A stretch of DNA of 64,000 nt from an uncultured Acidobacteriota bacterium (GTDB lineage Bacteria > Acidobacteriota > JAQAZP01). The notes beneath the pieces were generated by a model. That model saw only the letters and a list, made by a program, of their open reading frames with translations. It was not told the DNA's origin and searched no databases. Location: assembly GCA_963836075.1 (NCBI GenBank), contig CAWIIB010000001.1:225002-289001 (forward strand), written 5' to 3'. The position numbers were made by a program, and so were the translations under genes. Positions 37,487 through 47,272 of the stretch are shown here, piece after piece (position 1 is the first letter of the stretch; every line of letters begins with the position of its first letter).

Positions 37487-38234
37487 GCTTGATAACCTCC
37501 TCGCAGAGTTTGCTGTATTCAGCCGCTCCACTTGAGCGCGGGGCGAAGGTGAAAATGGGTTCCTTGTAGGCCGGGCTCTCCTCAAGTCGCACGCTCTTGC
37601 TGATGCAGGTGGCGAACACCTTGTCTCCGAACACCTGTTCAACCTGCTCCTTGATATCCCGGGCCAACAGGGTCCGTTTGTCGTGAATGGTGATCAGAAC
37701 GCCGAGAACTTCGAGGTCGGGGTTCGGCCGGTCCTTGATCTTTCCCAGGGTCTCAAGCAGATCCTCGGTGCCCTCCAGGGCAAAATAGGAGGACTGAATC
37801 GGGATGAGCACGTGGGTCGCCGCCACCAGCCCGTTGACCGTGATGATACCCAGTGTGGGCGGTGTGTCGATGATGATGTATTCGAACTGGTCGGCAATCT
37901 CCTCCAGCCGATCCTTTAGGCGGAAGATGGAATCGAGTTCGCCGATCAGGCGGCTTTCCAGTTTGGCCAGTGAAATCTTGGACGGGGCCAGGAAAAGGTG
38001 CTCAAAGGCCGTGGGGACGATGATGTTGGATAACGGCTCCCGGGCATTGGTCAGCACCTCGAAAACCGATTTCTCCAGTGGGTGGACATCCACAAAGGAG
38101 ACAGAACTGTTGGACTGGGGATCCATGTCCACCAGCAGAGTTTTGTGCCCCCTCATGGCCAGAGCGGCTGAAAGGTTGATGGCTGTGGTGGTCTTACCGA
38201 CGCCACCCTTTTGGTTGGTGACCGTAATAATCAA
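37458..38234 (-). CDS. parA: chromosome partitioning ATPase ParA/Soj
   Basis: Deviant Walker A motif (KGGVGKTTTAINLSAALA). Confidence 0.85.
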   Translation of the reverse strand: MIITVTNQKGGVGKTTTAINLSAALAMRGHKTLLVDMDPQSNSSVSFVDVHPLEKSVFEVLTNAREPLSNIIVPTAFEHLFLAPSKISLAKLESRLIGELDSIFRLKDRLEEIADQFEYIIIDTPPTLGIITVNGLVAATHVLIPIQSSYFALEGTEDLLETLGKIKDRPNPDLEVLGVLITIHDKRTLLARDIKEQVEQVFGDKVFATCISKSVRLEESPAYKEPIFTFAPRSSGAAEYSKLCEEVIKRGKKKKRPA

Positions 38235-38444
38235 CGTATTGCCCTTTCAGATAACGCGGTTCCGGTTCGGCTGTCCGCAAACTGCCACGAGGTCAGGATG
38301 GATCACACGATTCTTGATAATGAGAAATGATAAATCAGCATTGAACAGCCAGTCAAGCAGATGATGGCTTCCATGATGCTCCAGAGGTGGCCTGACGGGT
38401 AAGAAGAAAGGACATTCGATTGCAGGGCCTTACTTTTAAAGGAG

Positions 38445-38930
38445 TTACATTTCGTATTGCCCGAGATCATCGCCGGAGAGGTTTTCCAGAAGTTTTTTCA
38501 ATCGAACAGTCTCGCCGGTGTCACTGGTCAGGTCGATGCTTTTGGCCTGCTCCACCACCGACTCCTCAACGAAGATCGAGGCTTTGGTTCTCAGGGCCAG
38601 GGCGATGGCGTCGCTGGGACGGGAATCTATCTTGATCGTCTTGCCGTTCCGCTGGAGGTAGATATTGGCGTAGAACGTGCTGTCCTTCAACTCGCAAATC
38701 ACGACCTTCTGCAGGGTCGCGTCGAGATCGTCGAGAATCGACTTTATCAGGTCGTGGGTCATTGGCCGGGGAGTGCTGATGTTTTCCACCTGCAGTGCGA
38801 TGGCATTGGCTTCAAAAATGCCGACCCAGATGGGAAGCACACTCTCGCCGCTGATGTTCTTGAGGATGACGATCGGCATATTGGTTATGGGATCGATCAT
38901 CAAGCCCTTGATCTTCATTTCTATGGCCAT
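38445..38930 (-). CDS. bifunctional nuclease (BFN/DUF151) domain protein
   Basis: Conserved BFN-family core (…PIVILK…PIWVG…EAxAIAL…RPxTHDL…DAIALA). The start may be 38954. Confidence 0.6.
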   Translation of the reverse strand: MAIEMKIKGLMIDPITNMPIVILKNISGESVLPIWVGIFEANAIALQVENISTPRPMTHDLIKSILDDLDATLQKVVICELKDSTFYANIYLQRNGKTIKIDSRPSDAIALALRTKASIFVEESVVEQAKSIDLTSDTGETVRLKKLLENLSGDDLGQYEM

Positions 38931-39079
38931 GGATATACGTACCTCTCGTATCACACCGGGTGGCCGGCACGATCAGATCTGACGCAATGGAAGGGCTGAA
39001 TCTACCCTTCACGAACCTGCTGGTTGGTGAATACTGTTACAGCCTTCACTGAAATATATAAGGACTTACATGAACTCTG

Positions 39080-40447
39080 TCAAGGCATATCTTCAACACT
39101 CAGCAACTCACCGAACAAAGAGTTGGGATGGGGGCGGCTCACCTTCACCCGGACCAGCCGGCCGCGGGGATCGGCGGGCCGCATGGATGGTCCGGGGGAT
39201 GGAGAATAGTCAAAGTTCACCACACGGTTTCCGCTGTCCCGACCAAAAAACTGGCCCCCGCCCTTCCGGCTCTCCCCTTCCACCAGGACCTCCAGTTCCG
39301 TTCCCACCAGTGCCTGGTGGATTTCCATCTGGATCGATTTCTGCAGATCCTGGAGCCGGGCAAGGCGATGACGTTTAATTTCGTCGCTGACATCGTCCGG
39401 CAGGCGAAAGGCGCGGGTTCCCGGACGGGGATTGTAGATGAAGGAGAAGGTGGCGTCATAGCGCACCTGCTCCATGGCCGAAAGCGTCTGCTGAAAATCC
39501 TCTTCTGATTCCCCCGGAAAGCCGACGATCAGGTCGGTGGAAATGGCGATGTCCGGGATCAACGATTTCAGGAGTTCTGTTTTCTCCAGATACTCCTTCC
39601 TGGAATAGCCCCGGCCCATGGCCTTCAGGACCCTGTTGGAGCCGGACTGCAGGGGCAGATGCAGGTGGCGGCAGACCACACCCCGGTTTTCCGCCATCAA
39701 CCGGGCAAGACGGGGAGTGAAATCACGGGGGTGGGAGACGGTAAACCTCAGCCGGTCCAGCCCGGGACGTGCCGCCGTCTTTTTCAGCAGGGTGGAAAAG
39801 TCGTTACCGCCACTGTCAAGGTAGGAGTTTACATTCTGTCCCAGAAATTCGATTTCCCGCACTCCTCCGGCCAGCAGCAGATCCACCTCCTCGAGGATCT
39901 GTCCCAGCTCACGGCTTTTCTCTCGCCCCCTGACCAGCGGGACGATACAGTAGGCGCAGAAGTTGTCGCAGCCCTCGATTATGGTGACATAGGCTTTCCA
40001 GGGCGAGAGTCGATGAATCGGTTCGTCCACCCTCCCCGGACTCCCGCGGTCCAGGTCCGTGGAGACCAGCGGGCCCTCGCTGTTCCAGATCCGCTCCAGC
40101 AATGCACCGATCTCACCGGCCCTCCTCGTTCCCAAAACAAGGTCCACTGCGGGAATCCGTTCCAGGATCTCTTCCCCTTCCTGTTGGGCCACGCAGCCGG
40201 CAACGCAGATCAGGGGAGTGGCAACGGGTCCGGGCACCTTCAGAGCGGCCAGGCGGCCCAGCCGGGTAAAGACCTTCTGTGCGGCCTTGTCCCGCACGGA
40301 GCAGGTATTGAGGACGATGACCGAGGCCGATTCAGGCTCTGCCGCCCTGCGGTAGCCGCTGCGCTGAAGGCTGTCGGCCAACTGTTCAGAGTCGTGAACG
40401 TTCATCTGACAGCCCCAGGTTTCGATATGGTAGGTCAGCTCTCTCAT
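39080..40447 (-). CDS. miaB: tRNA-2-methylthio-N6-dimethylallyladenosine synthase (radical SAM methylthiotransferase)
   Basis: UPF0004 N-terminal Cys residues, the radical-SAM motif CDNFCAYC, and a TRAM domain. Confidence 0.85.
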   Translation of the reverse strand: MRELTYHIETWGCQMNVHDSEQLADSLQRSGYRRAAEPESASVIVLNTCSVRDKAAQKVFTRLGRLAALKVPGPVATPLICVAGCVAQQEGEEILERIPAVDLVLGTRRAGEIGALLERIWNSEGPLVSTDLDRGSPGRVDEPIHRLSPWKAYVTIIEGCDNFCAYCIVPLVRGREKSRELGQILEEVDLLLAGGVREIEFLGQNVNSYLDSGGNDFSTLLKKTAARPGLDRLRFTVSHPRDFTPRLARLMAENRGVVCRHLHLPLQSGSNRVLKAMGRGYSRKEYLEKTELLKSLIPDIAISTDLIVGFPGESEEDFQQTLSAMEQVRYDATFSFIYNPRPGTRAFRLPDDVSDEIKRHRLARLQDLQKSIQMEIHQALVGTELEVLVEGESRKGGGQFFGRDSGNRVVNFDYSPSPGPSMRPADPRGRLVRVKVSRPHPNSLFGELLSVEDMP

Positions 40448-40484
40448 CTTCCTGCATGGGGGATGTGGCGGCCCTGTGGTCGGC

Positions 40485-42242
40485 TCAGTGCAGCTGGCAG
40501 ATCAGGCCCTTGGGAAATTTGTAGATCATGGTCTCCAGAACATATTCCCTGATTTCCTGCTCGGTGGTAAATCCCATGATCTTGTTGACCAGCGACCGTG
40601 CTTCACGGATGCGGATTGAGCGGATGACGTTTTTGATGATCGGAATTGCCGTGGGGTGCATGCTCAACTCGCGAAGTCCCAGGCCCAGCAGGATCAAGGC
40701 GTGAAGCGGATCGGAAGCCATCTCACCGCACATGGAGACATCGATGTGACAGGCGTTGGCCGACTCCACCACGAACTTCAGCGTCCGCAGAATTGCCGGG
40801 TGAAGCGGAGTGTAGAGATGGGCGATGCTGTCGTTTCCCCGGTCCGTGGCCAGGCAATACTGAATCAGGTCATTGGTCCCGATACTGAAAAAATCGACTT
40901 CCCGGGCCAGCAGGTCGGCTATGGTGGCCGCAGAGGGAACCTCGATCATGATTCCCAGTTTCATCTGCTCGTCGAATGGCTGGCCTTCACGATGCAAGTC
41001 CTCCTTCACTCCATCGAGGACCATTTTAGCCACCCGCAGTTCCCGCACGCCGGATATCAGGGGGAACATCAGCCGCAGTTTGCCGTGCAATCCGGCTCGA
41101 AGAATTGCCCGCAGCTGTGTCCGGAAGAGATCCTTGCGCTTGAGGCAGAGGCGTATGGCACGCAGTCCCATAACCGGGTTCATCTCGTCGCTCTCCAGCA
41201 CCTCGTGGAAGAATTTCTCTCCACCCAGATCGAGGGTGCGGATCACGGCGAAGTGCGGCTTGCTCTTCTCGGCCAGTGAGCGGTAGACCTGAAAATGCTC
41301 CTCCTCGGTGGGCAGCTGGGGAGAGCACTTTAGAAAGAGGAATTCGGAGCGATAGAGCCCCACCCCCTCGGCCCCGGACATGCTGTTGTTCTCCATTTCT
41401 TCCACCAGCTCGATGTTGGCGCGCAGGTGGATCTGGTGCCCGTCCAGGGTTTCAGCCGGAACGTCCTTGAGACGCAACAGCTCCTCGGCATAGTCGCTGT
41501 ATTTCCGGGCCTTGTTGCGCGCTTCGCTGATCAGTGTGGCACTGGGGTTGATCAGTATGGTTCCCTCGTTCCCGTCCAGGACGATCATGTCACCGGTCTT
41601 GATCCGGCCCACAATATCCTGAAATCCGACAGCGGCAGGGATCCTGAGGGATTTGGCGATGATGGCGCTGTGTGAAGTGGGGCCGCCGACTTCCACGACA
41701 AAACCCACCACCGGCCTGTTTCTGAACGACACGGTCTGCGATGGCGACAGAGCGTGCGCCACCACGATGGTGTCCTCCTTGAGATCCGGCAGATGATCGG
41801 GTTTGAAGTCGGGATCGAGAAGGTGCCGCAGAATGCGGTCCCGAATGTCCTCAAGGTCGATGATCCGTTCCCGGAGGTAATGGTCACCAACACCGCTCAG
41901 AGCGATCACCGTTTCCTGGAAGACTTCCTGGACCGCCCATTCGGCCACCACCAGCTGTTTCCTGATATTGCTGCAGACCTGTTCGATAATGGTCCGGTCG
42001 TGGAGCAACAGAATGTGGGCCTCGAAGATACCGGCGTTATCGTCACCAACTGAACGGCGCACATCGCTTTTCAGATTTTTCAGGTCTCTGCTGGCATTTT
42101 TCAGGGCGGTGCGGAAACGGGAGATTTCAGCGGGCACATGGGATTTGGCTATGCTCTTCCTGGTCAGGACAAATTTCTGCGGATCGAGGACCAGTGCCCT
42201 GCCATAGGCTATCCCTGCTGAGACACCTAGACCTCTAAACAT
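40485..42242 (-). CDS. ptsI: phosphoenolpyruvate-protein phosphotransferase (PTS enzyme I)
   Basis: 585 aa with the active-site His region (GGPTSHSAIIAKSL) and a C-terminal PEP-utilising domain. Confidence 0.85.
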   Translation of the reverse strand: MFRGLGVSAGIAYGRALVLDPQKFVLTRKSIAKSHVPAEISRFRTALKNASRDLKNLKSDVRRSVGDDNAGIFEAHILLLHDRTIIEQVCSNIRKQLVVAEWAVQEVFQETVIALSGVGDHYLRERIIDLEDIRDRILRHLLDPDFKPDHLPDLKEDTIVVAHALSPSQTVSFRNRPVVGFVVEVGGPTSHSAIIAKSLRIPAAVGFQDIVGRIKTGDMIVLDGNEGTILINPSATLISEARNKARKYSDYAEELLRLKDVPAETLDGHQIHLRANIELVEEMENNSMSGAEGVGLYRSEFLFLKCSPQLPTEEEHFQVYRSLAEKSKPHFAVIRTLDLGGEKFFHEVLESDEMNPVMGLRAIRLCLKRKDLFRTQLRAILRAGLHGKLRLMFPLISGVRELRVAKMVLDGVKEDLHREGQPFDEQMKLGIMIEVPSAATIADLLAREVDFFSIGTNDLIQYCLATDRGNDSIAHLYTPLHPAILRTLKFVVESANACHIDVSMCGEMASDPLHALILLGLGLRELSMHPTAIPIIKNVIRSIRIREARSLVNKIMGFTTEQEIREYVLETMIYKFPKGLICQLH

Positions 42243-42254
42243 AAAATTATTACC

Positions 42255-42560
42255 CTATCCGGTAATCTGCTGTTGATGAGCCTCCGGCAGCTCGCCAAAA
42301 CCGTTGGCCACCAGAGCTTTCAACGTGTCCAGCGCGGTCTGCTGGTCCTCACCCGCTACCCGGATGATGATCCGGGTTCCGATGGAGGCCGCCAGGAGCA
42401 GCACACCAAGGATGCTCTTGCCGTCGACCTCGTCTCCCGGCTTGTCCTCCCGGCTCAGTTTGACCTGGCTCTGGAAACCGCTGGCGGTATTGACAAACTT
42501 GGAGGCCGCCCGGGCGTGAAGCCCCAGCTCGTTGATAATCTCGACAGTCTCCTCGATCAT
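42255..42560 (-). CDS. ptsH: phosphocarrier protein HPr
   Basis: …LGLHARAAS… active-site His15 region and the Ser46 region (GKSILGV). The start is taken at the internal Met. Confidence 0.75.
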   Translation of the reverse strand: MIEETVEIINELGLHARAASKFVNTASGFQSQVKLSREDKPGDEVDGKSILGVLLLAASIGTRIIIRVAGEDQQTALDTLKALVANGFGELPEAHQQQITG

Positions 42561-42678
42561 ACTGTCCTCGAGATCCGGGCGCGGCCCGGGGCCGCGGTCT
42601 GCTGCCATATTCTTCAGTACACTGTCGCAGAGTGAAGATGTCTTCTTTCAGCCGGTCGGCCGCTGAGAGAGCGGGACG

Positions 42679-43086
42679 TCAATTGCGGTTGAGAATGTCG
42701 CTGGCCACATGGATGCTCTTCTGCCCCTGGGCCCGGATTTTCTGCGCCGCTTCCACCAGATTCCACTTCTCTTTCCTGAGACTGAACAGCTTGATCAGCA
42801 TCGGCAAATTGACGCCGGTAATGATTTCCACCTTGTCGGCTTCCAGGAAGGAAAGGCTCAGATTGGTCGGCGTACCGCCGAACATATCGGTGAGGATCAG
42901 GACACCGTAGCCCTCGCTCACTGTTTCAATTCCCTCCAGGATCGCCCTGCGGGCCTTGCCCACCTCATCATTCCAACCGATGGAGATGGCCTGGATTCCC
43001 TGAAAGTCCTCGCCGATGATCATTCGAGCGGCTTTCACCAGCTCGTCGGCCAGGTTGCCGTGGGTCACAACAAGAATTCCAAACAT
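42679..43086 (-). CDS. PTS EIIA component (mannose/fructose-family IIA domain)
   Basis: 135 aa with the EIIA-Man fold signature (ILVVTHGNLA…LILTDMFGGTP). Confidence 0.7.
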   Translation of the reverse strand: MFGILVVTHGNLADELVKAARMIIGEDFQGIQAISIGWNDEVGKARRAILEGIETVSEGYGVLILTDMFGGTPTNLSLSFLEADKVEIITGVNLPMLIKLFSLRKEKWNLVEAAQKIRAQGQKSIHVASDILNRN

Positions 43087-43225
43087 GATCTTACATCCCC
43101 GGCCTGCCGCCCGGCGGCGCGGACCGTTCTTGACTCTGCCTGTCGGGGAGCTATTCTACCGTCTTCAGGCGGGATGCCGCAAATCATTTCATGCCGCGGT
43201 TCCATCCGCAGAACGGCTTGGCGTC

Positions 43226-44197
43226 TCAACTCCTTTGTCCCCGGCGCAACAGGTTCTCGTCCAGGCGGTCCACAAGTTCACGGGCCCGGTTCACGCCCTT
43301 GAGCTTGAGCAGATGGTTGCGCACCCCCACCTCGATGAGATTGGAGATGTTGCGTCCTGGTGCCACCGGCATCAGCAGCACCGGGATGTCGACGCCCATG
43401 ATCTCCCGGCGAAACTCCTCGACGCCCAGCCGGTCGTAGGCCTGCCCGGCTTTCCATTTGTCCAGGGAAACCATCAGCTCCACCGTCTTGGAACGGCGCA
43501 CCGAGGTCACGCCGAACAGTTCCTCGATGTTGATCACCCCCATCCCCCGGACCTCCATCAGGTGGCGCAGCGGTGCAGGGCTGGTGCCTTCCAGCACGGA
43601 ATCAGGCCTCCGCTTGATCAGGATGATGTCGTCGGCGATCAGGCGGTGGCCACGGGAGATCAGGTCCAGTGCGCTCTCGCTCTTGCCGATGCCGCTCTCC
43701 CCCACCAGCAACACTCCCAGGCCGAATATTTCCAGCAGCACGCCGTGGATCTGGGCCGTGGGCGCCAGACGGTCTTCGAGGAAATCGGTGAGCCGCCTGA
43801 TACACACCGAACTGACCAGGCGGCTCTTGATCACCGGCACGTTGTGCTCGTCGGCAAGGCGGAGAAACAGGTCGCAGGCCCGGGAACGGTGGGTCAGGAC
43901 AAAGACGGTGATCTCTTCCGAAAAGACCTGGCGCAGCGTCTCCTCCCAGACCTCGCTCCGCTCTTCCAGGGTCTGCAGGAATTCGGACTCGCTGCGGGCC
44001 AGGATCTGGACCCGGCCCTTGCGGATGTAATCCTGCTTCCCGGCAAAGGAGAGGCCCGGCTTTTGAATCCGGCTGTCGGTGATCAGGTTGGACAGCCCGC
44101 CGCGGCCGGCCAGCAAGCTGGCCTCGATGCCCGGTCGCCCTTCGTCGAGGAGGGCCTGGACCGGGATGCTCTTTTTTTCCAGCGTGTTGTCGGTCAT
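43226..44197 (-). CDS. hprK: HPr kinase/phosphorylase
   Basis: Walker A motif GESGIGKSE and the HprK C-terminal signature (MEVRGMGVINI). Confidence 0.85.
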   Translation of the reverse strand: MTDNTLEKKSIPVQALLDEGRPGIEASLLAGRGGLSNLITDSRIQKPGLSFAGKQDYIRKGRVQILARSESEFLQTLEERSEVWEETLRQVFSEEITVFVLTHRSRACDLFLRLADEHNVPVIKSRLVSSVCIRRLTDFLEDRLAPTAQIHGVLLEIFGLGVLLVGESGIGKSESALDLISRGHRLIADDIILIKRRPDSVLEGTSPAPLRHLMEVRGMGVINIEELFGVTSVRRSKTVELMVSLDKWKAGQAYDRLGVEEFRREIMGVDIPVLLMPVAPGRNISNLIEVGVRNHLLKLKGVNRARELVDRLDENLLRRGQRS

Positions 44198-44214
44198 CTG
44201 TGGGGCGCCACGAG

Positions 44215-44829
44215 TTACCGGTCGGGATCGATGAGCCCGAAGTTTCCGTCACTGGACTTGTACATCACATTGATGCGCGAGGAGTCCGCGTCGCGATAGA
44301 CGATGAAGGACATGGGCGAATCGGACAGCCGCAGGGCCGCCTCTTCAACGGTGAGCGGCTTGGCCTCATAGCTGCTGGAGCGGACCACCCGCGGTTGTGT
44401 TTCCGCCTCCCCGTCCAGGTCTCCCCCCTCCTCGTCGCTTGAACCGTCGGCCTCCGCGCCTTCGCCGCCTTCCTCTCCGGCCGCATAGGCGTTCATTTTC
44501 TCCAGCATGGCTTCCTTGCCGCCGCGCATTTTCTTGCGGTCCCGGACCTTTTCTTTCTGCTTCTTGGCCTGCCGTTCAAGTTTTTCCACCACCGCGCCAA
44601 CCGAGGCGTACATGTCGCTGGTCACTTCCTCGCCGTTGAGGGAGAACGGTTTGCCGGTGACGCCGATTTCGGCGATGTGCCGGTATTTTTCAACGCTGAG
44701 CGTGACATTGATGTCCTGGATCGATGTCCAGTACTTGGTGATCTTCTCCAGTTTCTCAGTGACGAATTGCTTCATCGCGTTGCTGACGTCCATCTGCCTT
44801 CCGGTGAAATGGATTCGCACGTCTTTCAT
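44215..44829 (-). CDS. hpf: ribosome hibernation-promoting factor (long HPF/RaiA)
   Basis: N-terminal sigma54-modulation/S30EA domain, an acidic linker, and a C-terminal dimerisation domain. It sits downstream of rpoN. Confidence 0.8.
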   Translation of the reverse strand: MKDVRIHFTGRQMDVSNAMKQFVTEKLEKITKYWTSIQDINVTLSVEKYRHIAEIGVTGKPFSLNGEEVTSDMYASVGAVVEKLERQAKKQKEKVRDRKKMRGGKEAMLEKMNAYAAGEEGGEGAEADGSSDEEGGDLDGEAETQPRVVRSSSYEAKPLTVEEAALRLSDSPMSFIVYRDADSSRINVMYKSSDGNFGLIDPDR

Positions 44830-44950
44830 GTTTTCCCCCGTTGCCTGATCTTGGGACTCCCTGGGGCGTCCACAACAAAAAGGGGCACGTCATGCCGCTG
44901 CCAAACTCCGGCACTCCCTACCCCGCGGAAACAGGACCTGGATACACTGA

Positions 44951-46405
44951 TTACAAGAGCTGTCGACGATGAGTGGATGATGGTATTTTCATCTCCTCCC
45001 GATACTTGGCCACGGTTCTGCGGGCGATTTCAAGCCCTTCCTGTTTGAGCAGTTTGACGATCGCCGAATCGCTCAGCGGCTTTTCAGCGTTTTCCCCGCT
45101 GACAAAGTCCTTGATCTTCCCCTTGACGCTGAGCGACGACACATCACTGCCGCCATCCGAACTGATGCCGCTGTGGAAGAAGTAGCGCATCTCGAACACG
45201 CCGCGGGGCGTGTGCATATACTTGTTGGAGACCACCCGGCTCACCGTGGACTCGTGCATCTGGATGTCTTCGGCCACATCGCGCAGCACCAGGGGCTTCA
45301 TGTGGTGGATGCCGTGGTCCAGAAAGGCCCGCTGGTGCTTGACCACACTCTGGGCCACCTTGTAGATGGTGCGCTGCCGCTGTTCGAGACTCTTGATCAG
45401 CCACAGTGCCGAACGGAACTTGTCCCGGATGTAGTTCTTGGTGTCGGCACTGTTTTCCTTGCCCTTCTCCAGCATCTTCCGGTAGTAGGGGCTCAGTTTG
45501 AGCCGGGGCAGCCCGTCCTCGTTGAGCAGCACCACATACTCGTCGTCCACCTTGACCACGTGGATGTCGGGCACCACGTATTGCGAATTGACATTGTTGT
45601 ATTTCAGCCCCGGCCGCGGGTCCAGCTGCCGGATGATGTCGAGGTAGCGTCCCACCTCCTCCAGCGAACAGTCCAGCACGGTGGCGATCTCCTTGTAGCG
45701 CCGCTTCTGCAGCAGGTCCAGGTGGTCCCGGACGATCACCTCCACCTCGGTGCCCAGCGCGTCCACCGCCTTGAGTTGCAGCAGCAGGCACTCCTTGAGG
45801 TTCCGCGCAGCGACGCCGGCCGGGTCAAAGGACTGCACCAGGTCGATGGCCCGGGCGACGGTTTCCAGCCCATACCCGCCCATGGTCTGCAACTCATCGT
45901 CGCTGGCCATCAACATTCCGTCTTCGTTGAGATTGCCGATCACCGCTTCGGCAGCCTCGCGCAGGGATTCGTCGGACTGGGACACTCCAAGCTGCCACTG
46001 CAGGTGGTCGGTGAGGTTGGGCGGTTTCTGCAGAAAGTTCTCATACGAAGGCAGTTCACGGACTTCGGACATTCCCTGGAAGGTGCGCGGTCCGATGGCC
46101 GGGTCGAGGTATTCCTGAAAATAGGAATCCATGTCGATTTCGCTGAATGAATCCTCCTTGACCTCCGGCTCGGTCTTTTCCACGGGAGGGCTTTCGGCTT
46201 CCGGCTGCTCCGCGGCGCCCGGTTCGGTGGGCGGCTCCACCGCGGTCTCCTCCAGCACCGGGTTCTCCACCAGTTCCTGGGTCAGCACGTCCTGCAGTTC
46301 CAGGCGGTTCAACTGCAGCAGTTTGATCGCCTGCTGCAGCGACGGAGTCATGATCAGCTTCTGGGTCAGCTTGAGGGACAAGCTGAGTCGTTGGTCGAAC
46401 GCCAT
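44951..46405 (-). CDS. rpoN: RNA polymerase sigma-54 factor
   Basis: N-terminus MAFDQRLSLSLKLTQKL, the RpoN box (ARRTVAKYRE) and an HTH. It is flanked by lptB and hpf, as is canonical. Confidence 0.9.
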   Translation of the reverse strand: MAFDQRLSLSLKLTQKLIMTPSLQQAIKLLQLNRLELQDVLTQELVENPVLEETAVEPPTEPGAAEQPEAESPPVEKTEPEVKEDSFSEIDMDSYFQEYLDPAIGPRTFQGMSEVRELPSYENFLQKPPNLTDHLQWQLGVSQSDESLREAAEAVIGNLNEDGMLMASDDELQTMGGYGLETVARAIDLVQSFDPAGVAARNLKECLLLQLKAVDALGTEVEVIVRDHLDLLQKRRYKEIATVLDCSLEEVGRYLDIIRQLDPRPGLKYNNVNSQYVVPDIHVVKVDDEYVVLLNEDGLPRLKLSPYYRKMLEKGKENSADTKNYIRDKFRSALWLIKSLEQRQRTIYKVAQSVVKHQRAFLDHGIHHMKPLVLRDVAEDIQMHESTVSRVVSNKYMHTPRGVFEMRYFFHSGISSDGGSDVSSLSVKGKIKDFVSGENAEKPLSDSAIVKLLKQEGLEIARRTVAKYREEMKIPSSTHRRQLL

Positions 46406-46528
46406 CTGGTATCGCCTCAAAAACCTTTCATGGTCTGGTCAACACTTCTGCTCGGGGCACCGGCTTCCGCTGTAATCCGTTTCGGCCGATTGGGCCCCGA
46501 GGATTACCCCCGGTTGCCGTTTGGGCTG

Positions 46529-47272
46529 TCAGTTCAAGCGAAAATGTTCGCCGAGATAGATTCTCCGGACCTCTTCGTCCTCCGCCAGATCGGACGGGGA
46601 CCCGGTGCGGAAAATCTCGCCCTCCTTGATGATGTAGGCCCGATCGGTAATCTGCAGGGTTTCCCGCACGTTGTGGTCGGTGATCAGAATCCCGATGCCC
46701 TTGTCACGCAGATGAAGTATCAGCTTTTGAATCTCCAGCACGGCCTTGGGGTCGATGCCGGCGAAAGGTTCGTCGAGCAGGATGAAAAAGGGGGAGATCA
46801 CCAGTGAACGGCTGATTTCCACCCGACGCCGCTCACCGCCGGAGAGCGAATAGGCCTTGTGCTTGGCCAGGTGCTCCACACCGAGTTCCCGCAGCAGTTC
46901 TCCCAGCCGCCTGGTCCGCTCGGCTGAGGTCATGCGCATCGACTCCAGGATCGCCAGCAGGTTCTCCTCCACGGTCAATTTGCGGAAGATCGACGCCTCC
47001 TGGGGCAGGTAGCTGATGCCGCTCTTGGCCCGGAGATACATCGGCAGGGTGGTGATGTCCCGGCCATCCAGGAACACCTGCCCGCTGTTCGGTCTGATCA
47101 GGCCGAGGATCATGTAGAAGGTGGTGGTCTTCCCGGCGCCGTTGGGCCCCAGCAGGCCGACGATCTCGCCTTTGCGCACTTCCACCGAGACGCGGTTCAC
47201 CACCTGGCGGCCCCGGTAGGACTTGACCAGCTTGTCCGTACTCAGGCAATGCTCGGAACCGTTGGTGGACAT
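46529..47272 (-). CDS. lptB: LPS export ABC transporter ATP-binding protein
   Basis: Walker A motif GPNGAGKTT, the [11 protein letters not shown] signature and Walker B. It sits immediately upstream of rpoN. Confidence 0.85.
   Translation of the reverse strand: MSTNGSEHCLSTDKLVKSYRGRQVVNRVSVEVRKGEIVGLLGPNGAGKTTTFYMILGLIRPNSGQVFLDGRDITTLPMYLRAKSGISYLPQEASIFRKLTVEENLLAILESMRMTSAERTRRLGELLRELGVEHLAKHKAYSLSGGERRRVEISRSLVISPFFILLDEPFAGIDPKAVLEIQKLILHLRDKGIGILITDHNVRETLQITDRAYIIKEGEIFRTGSPSDLAEDEEVRRIYLGEHFRLN

Noticed and set aside
36200-38444. Search for parS (TGTTTCACGTGAAACA) near parAB, and for tRNA-like T-loop motifs (GGTTCGAATCC) in the intergenic regions.
   Set aside because: I found no convincing match by eye. 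I cannot exclude divergent sites without a motif scan.
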